From the NCBI GenBank assembly GCA_016748015.1, contig JAAOMT010000222.1, positions 561,924-625,923 on the forward strand: a DNA stretch of 64,000 nucleotides, given 5' to 3'. The notes below the pieces were generated by a model. It made no database searches. It was not told where the DNA came from and worked only from the letters and a program-made list of their open reading frames with translations. The stretch's first letter is position 1, and the number at the start of each line of letters is the position of its first letter. Positions 24,186 through 37,000 of the stretch are shown one piece after another. The position numbers were made by a program, and so were the translations under genes. This stretch comes from Geosiphon pyriformis uo1. Its lineage: Eukaryota; Fungi; Glomeromycota.

Positions 24186-26399
24186 CTGGATCTTATTTTT
24201 TCTCTTTTCTAGTAAGCATCACAATTTTGAACATATTGAATAATATCTAAATACATAGATAGCCAATAGTATTTTTTTTTGGTTTTTTTTATGATTGCTT
24301 CTTTATGAAAATGTTCTGTTGTCAGATTTAAGTGCATGTTAAACAGTATTGTTTCTTTTTCTGGTTCTGTAATTACTCTGAGTACTTGGTTTGAATTTTT
24401 TCTGTTTTTTTAATATAGTATATTTTAGTAAGTAATAAAGTATTTTGATTGTTGTTTTATGTTGTTTTGTTCTTTTTGAGATAATTTCTTCTTGAACTGT
24501 TGAGTATTGATATAATATTGAAGTTGTTAATATTTTTGTGTATTCATTTTTTGTTATATTTTTATGTCAAATGTTTAAATTTGTTTTATTTATGACAAAC
24601 TATTGACATTTTTATTTTTATTTTTTTTTTATAATATACAGTATAATTAAATAGTAATAGTTCTATTTTCTATTTTGCATGATAATTGTTTCCAAATTTT
24701 TGTTTCTGAATTGATATTAATTCTTTATAATTAATATACATATCAAATTTTTGGCTTAAGTATTTTTTCTATTTAATAATAATTCAATAGATAATTAAGT
24801 ATTCTAATACTAAAGTTTTATAATTTTTTTTGGCTGAACTTAAACTTTGGTTAAAATATATCACTAGATATTCTTATATATTTGTTCTTTTTTGTAATAA
24901 TACAGCTCTTAATACTTGACTGGATACATTAGTAATAATAATAAATAGTTTGTTGTAATCTAAATAGATTAATATTAGAGCTTAAATAAGTTTTCTTCTT
25001 AAGATATTAAAAGCTTTTTGTTGGATTTTAGTCTATTTATATTTAACATTTTTTGCTTGCAACTGGTAAAGTAATTAAGCCAATTTGGAAAAGTTTTGGA
25101 TAAAACAGTAATAGTATTTAACAAATTTCAAGAATGCTCTTAATTTTGTAAGATTTATTGATACTAAAAAGTTTTTAATTATCTTAATCTTGTCTAAATC
25201 TGTTTTTATGTTATCTTTGCTCACAATATATTCCAAAAACTTGAATTCAGTTTTTTCAAAAAAATACTTAGTAGTATTTAACTTTAGTTCTTCTTATTTT
25301 AATTTTTTAAATACTTATTAAAGATAATAAAAATAATCATTAAATATTTCTGAGAACACATTGGTATTATTTAAGTAGATTACTACAGATTTTCATAATA
25401 ATTCAGTATAAACAATTTTTATAAGTTATTAGAAGATAGCTGGGCAATGATTAAGTCAAATAACATAATATTTAATTCAAAATTTCTTTTTCTTGTGGTG
25501 AATGTTGTTTTTTTCTTATCAGCTGAGTTTATGATTACTTATTAGTAATCACTATTTAAGTTTAATGTTAAAAACTATTTTTTTTCTTTAAAAGTATCAA
25601 ATAGTTCTTAGATCTGTGGAGTTAAATAATTGTTTCTATAAATAATACTATTAAGTTTTTTGTAATCTACACAAAAGTGGATTTTTTCATTTTTCTTCTA
25701 AACAAATAGTACTAGTAATAACCATAAATTCATTAATAGTTGAATTAACCTATTGTTTAACATTTAGTTGATTTTTTGTTAGATAATTTTATAACTGGCA
25801 GATGGTATTTTGTATGTTTTTTGTTTAATTGGCATTATATCTTTAGTTTAGATCTATTGTTAAATGATATTAGTTCTGCCAAATTCATTTTTATTAACAA
25901 AAATGTCAATAAAATTGTTGAATAATATCTTGAGCTGTATATATTAAAGTGGATCTAGATTTTCTAAGTTTATTTGTTCTAATTGTTTTAGTTGTAACAA
26001 ATAGTATTTTTTTTGTTTGTATATAGTTTGTAATATGATATCTACATATTTATATAGTTGTAAAAATTCTGAAATAATAGTTGGAGATTGGTTCTTAACT
26101 TCAATGCTTAAGTATTTTATGATGGTTTTACTTGGTATTTCTATGAGGTTTTTGGTTGTATTTTATTAAAATTTTGATGTGTTTGTGATTTTTGCTGGTA
26201 TATAGAGATTGGTAATGTCAATTTTTCTTAATTTACAAATGTTTGTTTTAGCTTCAAAAATCTGGGGTTGATTTTTTATTTTTCTTTCTATAACTAATAT
26301 ATACTGGTTATATGGTAAAATAGAAATTAATTAATAGGTAAAAATAATTTCTTTCTGATTAATAGTTTTTTTTTCTGTTATATTAACTGGTATTTCTAT

Positions 26400-26815
26400 T
26401 CTACTCATAGATTCGAATTTTTTTATTTTTTTGCTGTAATTTCTAACTTTTTTTTTGTTTCTACTAATACTAATTAAGTTATTTTAATTAGAAGCAAAAA
26501 TATTGTTTATGCTATTTTTTTGTTTGATTTAATGGTATATTTTTTTTCTGAATCATTTTGTAATATTTTAATAATATTTCAATAATATTTTCTATATATT
26601 TTGTATTAATTATTTCTTCTTTAATATTAATCTTTTTTTTTACTAAATTAAATCTAAATGCTAATTAAACTATTGTTGTTCCCGAAACTTCCAGTACTAT
26701 TTTCAGATTTATATTAATGCACAAATAAGATTTTAATTAAATAACAGTTTTTTCTGAATATTTAAGATCAAATTCTGTATTAGTATTATATACATATTCT
26801 GGCATAATACTTTCC
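26400..26815 (-). pseudogene. dut: dUTPase domain in Gypsy G polyprotein
   Basis: Decayed motif I (IMPE.VYNT.TEFDL, from AGFDL) and motif V (RKIKKFESM, from RG..GFGS). Same position as in element H. Confidence 0.7.
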
Positions 26816-29112
26816 TTATTATCACTAAACTATCTAAGTTTTTGCTTTTTTAAAAGATCTAAAAGTGCAATATATTGTTTAGAGTTTTTATTGAAGTTTG
26901 AATTATTATTATTATTATTGTCATTATGAATAGAGTTGAAACTGTTATTGTTGTTATTGTTAAGATTTAAATTATGATTGAATTTTAATTTTAATTCTAT
27001 TACACATTTGTTAATTGGTTTTTTTTCAGAGATTAAATAGATCATACATAGTAGTAAATTATAAATAAGATCACAATTATTACAATATTCAAAGTCACTA
27101 AAAATTAGACAATGTTTACAGAGTTTAATGTTTAGTTGTTTCAAATACTGCTTTTGCTCTTTTTTAATAAGTGCTAAATCTTGATAGTGTTTATAGAATT
27201 GTTTTAAATTACTCAGGATATTAATAAATACACTTGGGTTAAAAATAAAAATGGTCTCAACAGATTCTAATAAGTTATTTTTAATTGCTAATATTTCACT
27301 TGATAAAGTACTTTCAACTTTGACACTTGTTATTTACCAGACTTTATTCTTGTTATGTGGATAACTATCTAAGCATAAAAGTATTTAGTTTCATGTAGTA
27401 TTAAAAAACATTCTTCAATTTATCTAGTTACTTATAAGAATTATGTATTAATATAATGCATCATATGTTTTTTTATAACCAAGAATATTATTCCATATTT
27501 TTTGTCAAGTAGTGTTTCTTCACAAGTAAGACATGATTTATTGTTCTACTTTTCTTGTTGTTTAGAGTATCTAAAGTGTTTTCTGTAACACAATTTGTAA
27601 TAGTAATGGGTATATATCTAATAGTCTTCTTCTAACAAGATCTAAACTTCCATGGAAAAAGGCTTTTTTTTGTAGTTGATATATTTAAGTAAAATATAAG
27701 ATGGTTTTTTTCTGGTTTTCACTAAATATAAAACATATTAACTGTTATTTGTTTCTTTTGTAAAAGTAGTGGCTTAAGATTTGTTTGTTTTTTTTCCTTT
27801 TTTTTTGTTATTTTAAGAGAGTATTAGTAGTAGCTTATTGTAATTATTTTCAGTCCATAAAACTTAATAGGTTTTTCAGATAGGTTTTTTTTTTTAAATT
27901 TTATTAGTAATTGTTAAGTAATAGTGTTTGTTTTAAAGTAGCTGCAGATAATTGGTATTTGAGTTTGCTAACTATCTTAATTGAACTGTAGCTTTTCTAT
28001 AGTTCAATTAAGTATAACATTGGTCTTGGACAGCCAGTTATTACTAACAAGAGCTTAGTACTGTGTAACTTTCATGATTAGAATCTTAATAAGTGTTATA
28101 ATACTGTTAACTTCAAACAGAAAGTTATCAATTTCACCAATAGGAGTTTTGGTAGCTTCATCAGTAATGATGATTTTAGTACTAGCAGCATAATAAACTT
28201 GGTAACTTAATTGGTTTATAAGTTGTTATGTAATAATACTGTCTGCTAAACCATTATCAAAGATTAGTTTGATAGGATGGCCATCAACTTTGGCATCTGT
28301 TTATATGACTGTAATAAGTTTGGCATTGAGAGTAACTTCATTGAATAGCAGAATTTCTGATTGGTTTTCTAATTTAAATGAGAAAATAGTAACTAATAAT
28401 TCATTTTTTATAACTGTTGCTAATAGAATGTTGTTAATAAGTGATTGGTAGTAGGTTTTTAAGTTGTTAAATAGATTATTTTCTGGGATAACCAAAAGAC
28501 AAATAGTTTTGGAAATTGAGGTTTTATATCCACTTCTTAAACTCTATTGGCATAATTCTGATGATTGGTTGGAAAAACTGAAAATTGGTTAATACATAAC
28601 TATTACCAATTTTCAATTCTGCTGAGTATAAGTAATTTTTAGTCCTGGATTTCCAATTAATATTGACACAGTAATTTGGGGTAGTGCTTGAATTTGTTGA
28701 AATTAATAAATGATTTGTGGCTATAGTTAATATATTACTAGTATTGGAGTCTAATATATTAAAGATAAATATATTGGTTGTTGTATTATTGAAGTATAAT
28801 AATGTTGATATTAATATTGTTTTGAATTTAGAGTGTAATTTAAAGTTTAAAACCTGTAATTAAAGTTCTGATATTAATTTTTTGATTATTGGTTGTTAAA
28901 TCTGGAATGGCAATCTGCTTTTAAATAGTTTTGTTTATTATAATAATGATAATTATGTGTTTTTTGTTATTATAGTTAATTTGATAATAATAATAATATT
29001 GGGCATGACTGATTTTAAAAGCAATTAGAGTTTTTTAAATTATTATGACATTATAGAGACTAATAAATAATTTGATTGTTAGTTAAGTATTTTTTGATTT
29101 TCTAATTGATGG

Positions 29113-29924
29113 TGTTACAGATGATTATTTGGGATCTCAAAGCAAATAACAAACCCATAACTTGGTGCTTAATTAATTGAAATAATATTGTTGGTAATAT
29201 CTGAAGGTGTTGTTTGTCTGAAGGTTTTGGTTGAGTTCTTTGTATAATGGACAGAAATTCAATAGTTGTTTATTTATAGCTTCCCAGAATCGCAATTCTG
29301 TCAATTTTTTTTTTCAGCTTGATGGCCAGTACTCCTCTGATAAATAATTCATAATTCTTTTATGTGCTCTACTTACTTGCAGTGGTTTTTTACCAGACAA
29401 TCTTTGATGTTAATAACTCAGCACTTAATTTTTTTAATTAATTTAGTAAACAACAAAAGAAAATAAAATAAAGAAAAATAAAAGAAAATAAAAAAATAAA
29501 AAAATAAGTGTTCTGTCAATAGCCGTAATCAAGAACTATTGTGCCAACAGATTAAATAGTAGATTAATAATATAGATTTGAAGAATTAAAGAGATATTTT
29601 ATTAATATAATTCCATTTTGGTTGATAGCAACTATTCTTGAAAGAAGGAGTATTTAATAATTATAACCTGTGAGTCTAATTGACTTCTGAAAGTCTAATT
29701 TTCTCTCTGAATGTCTTTTTAACTTCTACAACTACTTGCTTTTATATATTCTTTTGGTTTTACAGGATTGCTTTCAATTGCTTCACTATTACTAACTATT
29801 GCTCATTATTGCTAGCTATTGTTCATATTTGTCCTGTATTATCTTGAGTTGTACTGTGTTTTTCTTGTCATGTTTCTTTGTAATGTTTTTCTCATGACTT
29901 TTTGGTTTTTCTACTTGGGTAACA
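29113..29924 (-). repeat. Solo LTR, chimeric (family B U3 plus family A R/U5), in G gag
   Basis: TGTTAC...GTAACA termini, TSD atgg/atga. The 5' end reads tgttacccaagtagaaaaacc (B type) and the 3' end reads gcaccaagttatgggtttgttatttg...ctgtaaca (A type). Confidence 0.88.
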
Positions 29925-32900
29925 ATGACTTTACCAAATTGCTTCAATTTGGTATTCAATTCAAATAATTCATTTATTATTAGATTTATTGCTTAGACAT
30001 AATTGGCTTTAAGTTTAGCTAATTCAAAATCTTTGGTGTGTATGACTACATCCTAAAGAGTATTTGAGTATATTGAGTATACTTATTGTAACAAGCTGCT
30101 GTATAGTTTATGGATAAATTGATTCAAAATTTGTGCTATTGTAAAGTAGTTAGCTTGAATTGCCTAAATTTGGCACAGATTTTTGTGAAAACATTCTAAA
30201 TAAATAGTGACTGCTTCAATATTATTTTGTTTGATTATAGTAAAACTAGTTAATAAGCAATTTAGGTTATTATTATTACTAAAGTACCATAGAAACATGA
30301 TTTTTAACATGTTAAAATCTTGGAATTTGTTTACAAAATTTTGATACCATAAATTAGTAGTGTCCTGAAGAAAGTATAAAATAACTTGAATTGCTCTGAT
30401 ATTATTTTATCTATTGGTTGTAATGGCTTTTTTCATATTGTTTAGTCATGCTTAAGTGTTGTTTTTTTTGTCAATAAATTTTTCTAGTTTGGTAATGAGT
30501 ATATATGTTATTGGTACAAATTGTTGTTAAAATTAGTGTTGTTATACAGTAATTGGTGCAACTGGTAGATTAATCACAATAACTGGAGATAAGTTTTGCT
30601 GAAAAATAGAAGTAAAATTTGAATTGTTCAAGTTTGACTGGGTTTAAACAATTTGAGTTATAATTTTTAAGTTAATTAAGATTAGTTTTTGATTATTATT
30701 TTTCTAATTACTGTCTTTTTTTTCTTTCAATTTAGTATTTTTCCAATGACTAATAGATCCAAAATTTGGTTGAGATAATAGTAATTAAAGTTTTGATAGT
30801 ATTATTAATTACAATTTAACTCCTTTAAAAAAATTATCATAGATTCTTAATAGTTTGGCTTTTTTTTAATTATTTTAGAATAATACTCTTGCTAATAGTG
30901 TTTTTACAACTGCTGTGAATATAACTGCTAATGTTATGTGAATAATACTTTCTGATATATAATAGTATAATGAATAAATAAATAAAACAACTCTAGATTT
31001 TTTTCAAATAAGCAGTTGTATTTTTTTTAATGTTCTTGCTAGAGTTTGTAATTTCTCTTTGTCTATAAAGATAATAAAAAATCTCTGTTAAATGTAATGT
31101 TCAATTTTTTTGTTTATTTCTGTAATTAGTAGTACAAACAGATAATTTGGTGGAAATATAGTGTTTTATAATAGTTTACTATAGAAATTTTTAAAGACAG
31201 CTTCTGAATTTTCTTGGTTTTTCAAGTAGAATTTAATTATTTTGTTAATATATAGAAGTTAAAAGTTGATTCTGCTGGCCAATGATTACTTGTCAGTCCA
31301 AAATAAATTTGGTAATGTTGAAATAAAAATTTCGCAAATTTTAAATAATTTTCTTCTATAATTTCTTGGTCTGTTACTTTTCCAGATAATTGATGTTGGT
31401 GGTTTTTTGTTAGATTATATTTCACAAAGAACACCAAATGTTACAGGTGATTATTTAGAGTGTTAAAACAAATAACAAACTCATAGCTTGGTGTTCAATA
31501 GCTAAAAAGTTTGTTAATTTTTAAAGGTTTTAAAGTTTGAAAGTTTTGGTTGAGTCTTTTGTATAATAAACAGATATTTAATTAATAGTTTTTTTAGTAT
31601 GGTGGCTAGTTTATTCTGGCAGTTGTGTTCTTTTGATAAGCTATTCTTAAATTTTTACTTTTGTTGTCATGTTTTTTATCAGATTATCTTTGACATCAAA
31701 TACTTAGTACTTAATCTCTTTAATCAATTAGTAAACAATAAAAAAATAAAACAAAATAAAATAAAATAAAGAAAATAAGAAATTAGTATTCTGTTAATAG
31801 CTGTAATTAAGAGCTATTAGTCTAATATAGTTAAATATTAGATTCTATCAACACTCTATATTAATAGTGTAAAAATAATTAATATTCTTAATTAAACAAC
31901 AATAACATGAATTAAATAATAATTAGATATTTTATTGATATTAATGTATTTTTACTTTAAGTTATAAAAAAACTATTTTTTAAAGAATAAATATTGGAAT
32001 TCTAAACTCTATTGAATTCTAAATGCTTTTTTGCTTCTAATATTTTTGCTATATATATATAATTTGTGTTATATGAGATTCTTGAAAATTCTGCAATTTT
32101 AGAATTTTGCAATTTTCCATTTTACTATGTCTATTTCTGATTGGCTATTTTAATTATTATTATAATTCTTAATTTCTATGAGTAACACTAACAAAATAAT
32201 AAATATTACCAAACATCAGCAAATTAGCCATAACAAAGCATTTACTCACATTACTGGACAACAACAAAAAAGAATGACCAGTCTCATTTACCAAAGCATC
32301 TACATATATATTACTCAAAATGCCTAAATATTCTTTAACTTTAGACCAAATTACTAAAAAATCTTTGCCACTAACCAAATTTGCAATGTGTCTCTTTTTT
32401 ATCCAACAATAGTTTCGAAAATTAGGACTTAATATACTCAATTCCAAAACACACACATCTATGACCACTTAACTGTTCAGATATACTACTATAGTACAAA
32501 AAAATAATACATATTCTAAAGCAAAAGTAAAAGCCTGTAATTTGGCCATTATTAATAACAGCAATCTATTGATCTTAATACTGAAACCCAAATCAACTTC
32601 CAAAAAATATGTAATAGTCTTACCAGCCACTACAAAAAAACCCAGCCCTTTCAAAAATCCATCTGTATAAACATTAAACTTATTTGATTAGATCTTAAAA
32701 AGACAATTTCTTAATATTAAAAACTAATTTAATAACAAAACACTACTATTTTCTGGAGTAAAGCTCAAGCTAAGAGAAACTAATACAAACTTAGTATTAT
32801 ACAAAAATTTAGATGTCAAAACAAATCAAAAAGACATTAATCTTTTAAGATTCAATCTTTTTCAATGATGAAATATCTTCTAATCTATAATTTTATATCT

Positions 32901-34016
32901 TTTATCTAAAAGTCTATTACAAAAAACCACACCAAATCTTTTCAAAAAATTAATTCTCTTATAATATAATAAAGCCTTTAAGACACTTGATATAAGAAAC
33001 CTCTTAAAATTACAGAATACACAAGATAAAATATTTGTCAAAGAAAGACTATTGTTTATAAAAATACAGACTATGTTAGCCAAAAAATTGTTAGAAAAAC
33101 TAATACACAATCTTACAAGATGTCACAAAAGATTTAAAAAAGCCCAGTTTAGAATTTGCAAATCCAAAAACCTGTGTTCAAAAAGTTAATTAAGAATTCT
33201 AAAAGCATTTGCAAAAACCACAGCAAAAGCAACTTTTTCTTCTGTATATATTTGTTTAAATATTTTTAAATTATACAAAAAAAAATAATGTAATGTCTTA
33301 CTTGGAAAATTTTAGAACAGTTTAACTTTTAGCTTAAGACCTTTTTTGATCAAACCATTTTATTGATGACACACTACTGGAAAAATAAAACTGAACTGCA
33401 AATAATAACTAATAATAAGTTGTAAAACTGCTAAAACCAAATACAAAAACTGCTTATCTAAAATAGCTTTTCTTAATGCTATATTAGAAAAAAACCTAAT
33501 GTTGAATCAAATTTTGGCCAAACTGGGTCTAAACATTTTATTAGCAAAAAAAATTCCTAAATATCTATAAGATACACTGCTTTTGGCAATTGTAATAAGC
33601 AATTTACTAATTTTTAAAAAAGCATTTTTAATCTTTTTATTAATGAGAATAGTCATTGTTTTGTTATTGTTGATTGAAATATTATTGATTAAAAAAAATT
33701 CACTGATAATGTTTAATATATACTAAATGACAGCTTAGCTATTCTTAATTCAAATAATATTATCAACAAAAGCATCAGCTATAAAAAAAAAAATTATTCT
33801 ATGTTTTTACTCTCTCTGTTTTAACCACAAACCTGATATCAATTTAGTATCTGCAGAAATGTTTCTGTCTCTTAACTTTACATAAAAAAGAGTTATAAAA
33901 AATTCTCTAAAAGAAGAGAGAAAACATCTTATCTTAATTGAGTTTGTCATATATTCTATAACCATCTATAAAGCCAAAGTTTGTTATAACTTTATTTAAT
34001 ATATCTTTATGAATAC

Positions 34017-37000
34017 TGTTATCAATAGAATTTTAGTTATTAATTAACATGAAATTACTTTTATAATTCCTATTATTAATTAATATATATTATTATTATT
34101 TCAATTATTACTTATTAGTTAATCAAATTATCAAATATTATTATTCAATTAATAACTTGATTTGTACTATAGAAATTAAAATGATCAAATTACACAATAC
34201 TTTGAACTATTTAATATTCAAAAATTCGCCAAAATTAGCAGAAATTGGCCAAAATAATCAATTATTTGTAGAAATAACTTATAATTTACCAAAATGTATC
34301 TTTAGTTTGCCAAAATTATAGCAAAGAAAAAAGTGCAAGTTTAAAGACTAATATTACAACAAATTATATAAAAGAAAAGCTTTTCTCTTCAAGAAAATAT
34401 ATCTTACTTTAAATTCATCTTATTTTATATTACTCAAAATTATCTTATTATTACAAATCAAATAAAAATCAGAAACATTCAAAAAAGCAAACACACTTTT
34501 ATTTACATCTGAAATTCTCTAAATTCGACTAACATTTTGAAACAATTCTTTTGACAAAATTCTATTTCTTTTATATTTCTTTTATTTTTTTTTATTTTTT
34601 TTATTATAATTATTAGGATAGTCTACAAATAAGATTTCTGTAGAAAAATTGACTTTTACAGCAAAGTAACTACACATTTTAATGAGCTTTTAGATAAGCA
34701 ATTCTTGGAAAAAAGTTGACATTTACTATAATATAAATACACAAAGTAACTGGCACAAAATTGGCCATTCTATTTATAAGCCCAGCAGTTTAAATTATAA
34801 GAGATAATTTGAAGATAAATTCAGTTATCAGAAAACCAACTTCTTCTAGAAAATATAAATTTTCAACCAGCAGACATTAACAACATTCAAAAAAAAAGAC
34901 CAAAAACTTTTAGTAATATTTGGTGCTTTTTTACAGAAATAATACAGCAACAAAAACTTCAAAGTGGTAACCATACTTGACACAACAACTCTAGAGTACT
35001 ATCAGTCAATTTACATTCATTGCAAGCAGAAATTTAACATTCCAAACAGAATTGAAGCATTTAAGAAATCACTATACTAGTAGATTGAAAATTGCATTAA
35101 CAACTATTTATTTGGAAACTACAACATTTCAGAAGTTAAAAGCAATCTTTATAACAATTTTCTATACTATTTTTGCTTGGGAACAGAAGACTTCAACAGT
35201 GAAACATTAGACATCTATTTTTAAGAACTTGATTTTAACATTATTCAGTACTGTGAAAAGAGATATCCAATATAACAAGAATTCTCTTTAGATTTTGAAT
35301 TAGAAAGTAAAAACAACACCAAAAAAAAACAGAAACAAAATTCTAGAATCATTCTTAAAACACCCAGAATTACTGCCAAGCATCTACAAACACTAGAACA
35401 AGAAACCAGTGTCAAATTACCACTTTTTATTACACCATTTTCAATTTTACTTGCTTAACTACAAACACCAAATTTACCTTTTATTCAATTTTCAAGACCA
35501 GAAGATTTCACCTTTCCAAAAAGTTTTATTCAACAACTAGAACCAATATCAACCAGCACCAATCTTTTTGATTACTTACAAAAAAATCAAAGTAATTATT
35601 CAGAGAACTCAGAAAGTAAAAAAACTGAATCAGAACAAAAAAAACCCCTGAAAATGAAAAAAAATGACAACTGTTTATATTGCAAAGATTCCAGAATTCA
35701 CTGGTAAAGATAATAATACCAGTTCACAAGAATAACATAATAAAGTCCAAAAAACAGGAAATGCAAATAGATAAACTGCAACAAGAATGCTAAAAACAAT
35801 TTCATACTTTCTTCAAAAAACAGCAAAAGAATGATTTGAAAACTTGAATAAATTTTTTGAAAACTGGCAAGCATTTAAAGATGCTTTTTTACAACAATTT
35901 ACTGACAACAACACCTTTATTACTCTTCAAAATTGCTTTCACAATATTAAACAAAAATAATCTAAAACTGTCATAACTTATCTTAGGAGATTCAACAAAC
36001 TTCTCAGACAAATTTAACAATTAGAAACCAATAAATATTATTTTAATGCTCAGATTTTGAATTAGTTTATTGTAGAATTAAAAGATAAACTTATTAAAAA
36101 AGTTTGCCCACATACTCCAGAAGACTTAGCCACTGTTATTTAACATGCAAAAAATTATAAAATAGCTATAAAAAAAGCCAACTGCACAAAACTTGTAAAT
36201 CTTGCAATAAAAGAACCAATTCAACAGCTGAAAAAAAGATTAATTAATTGACAAAAAAAGTTAAAAACTATTTTATTAATCAGCAACAACAATTACAACA
36301 AAGATATCAGCTATTTTAACATCAAAATTAAGGAAACTTTTTACTATTATCTAACAGCTAATCTTAGAACTATCACTATTATGAAATTTCAAGACATTAG
36401 AAATAAAAATTACAATAAAACCAGCAAAACAGGAGTAATTAATATTACTTTTTACTACAACAATCTTATTACTAATCATTATTACCAACTTATTACCTAC
36501 CAAGACCACAAAATTAAAACAGTTATTATCAATTTACTTACAACTAATACAGCAACAATATTAGCAATCTTTATCAATTCAGCAATATTAAGCACTATTC
36601 ACTTAACAATATCATATATCTGCTCGAAAATTGGGTCAACAAAACCAATTCACATCTCAAAATCAATTTCAGAATAATAACAACAAAATCAATCCAAACA
36701 ACCAGTTGGTTTTTTAAAATTCTAGTCAGCAAAAATTGATCCACTACCACATTCAATCCAGTTATCTAATAATATTCAAAAAACAAAATTTTTAACAAAC
36801 TGCACTTACTGAAAGTAAAACTACAGCAACAAGATCAAATTTTTTCAACAATTTTATCCTACCAGCTTAAATTGCTCAAAATACCAATCTTTCAGATATA
36901 TTTTTATTCGAATTTGAAGCCAATAAATCACTATTCTTACTTAGTAACACAGCAGTCAATGAACAAAAAGCAATTACAATTATGTATCTTGAAGCTAAAG

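Larger units (their letters stand above)
20766..32187 (-). mobile_element. Full-length Gypsy G (LTR-PBS-gag-PR-Cys-rich-dUTPase-RT-RH-INT-ORF3-PPT-LTR), decayed, with two nested solo LTRs
   Basis: Paired family A LTRs at 31439-32187 (5') and 20766-21568 (3'). PBS TGGTGTTCTTTGTGAA. Protease (KLIFDNGLADSII, about 28250), RT, RNase H and integrase remnants. Flanks tcag/ctaa are compatible with a decayed 4-bp TSD, and the host LINE continues on both sides. Confidence 0.92.
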
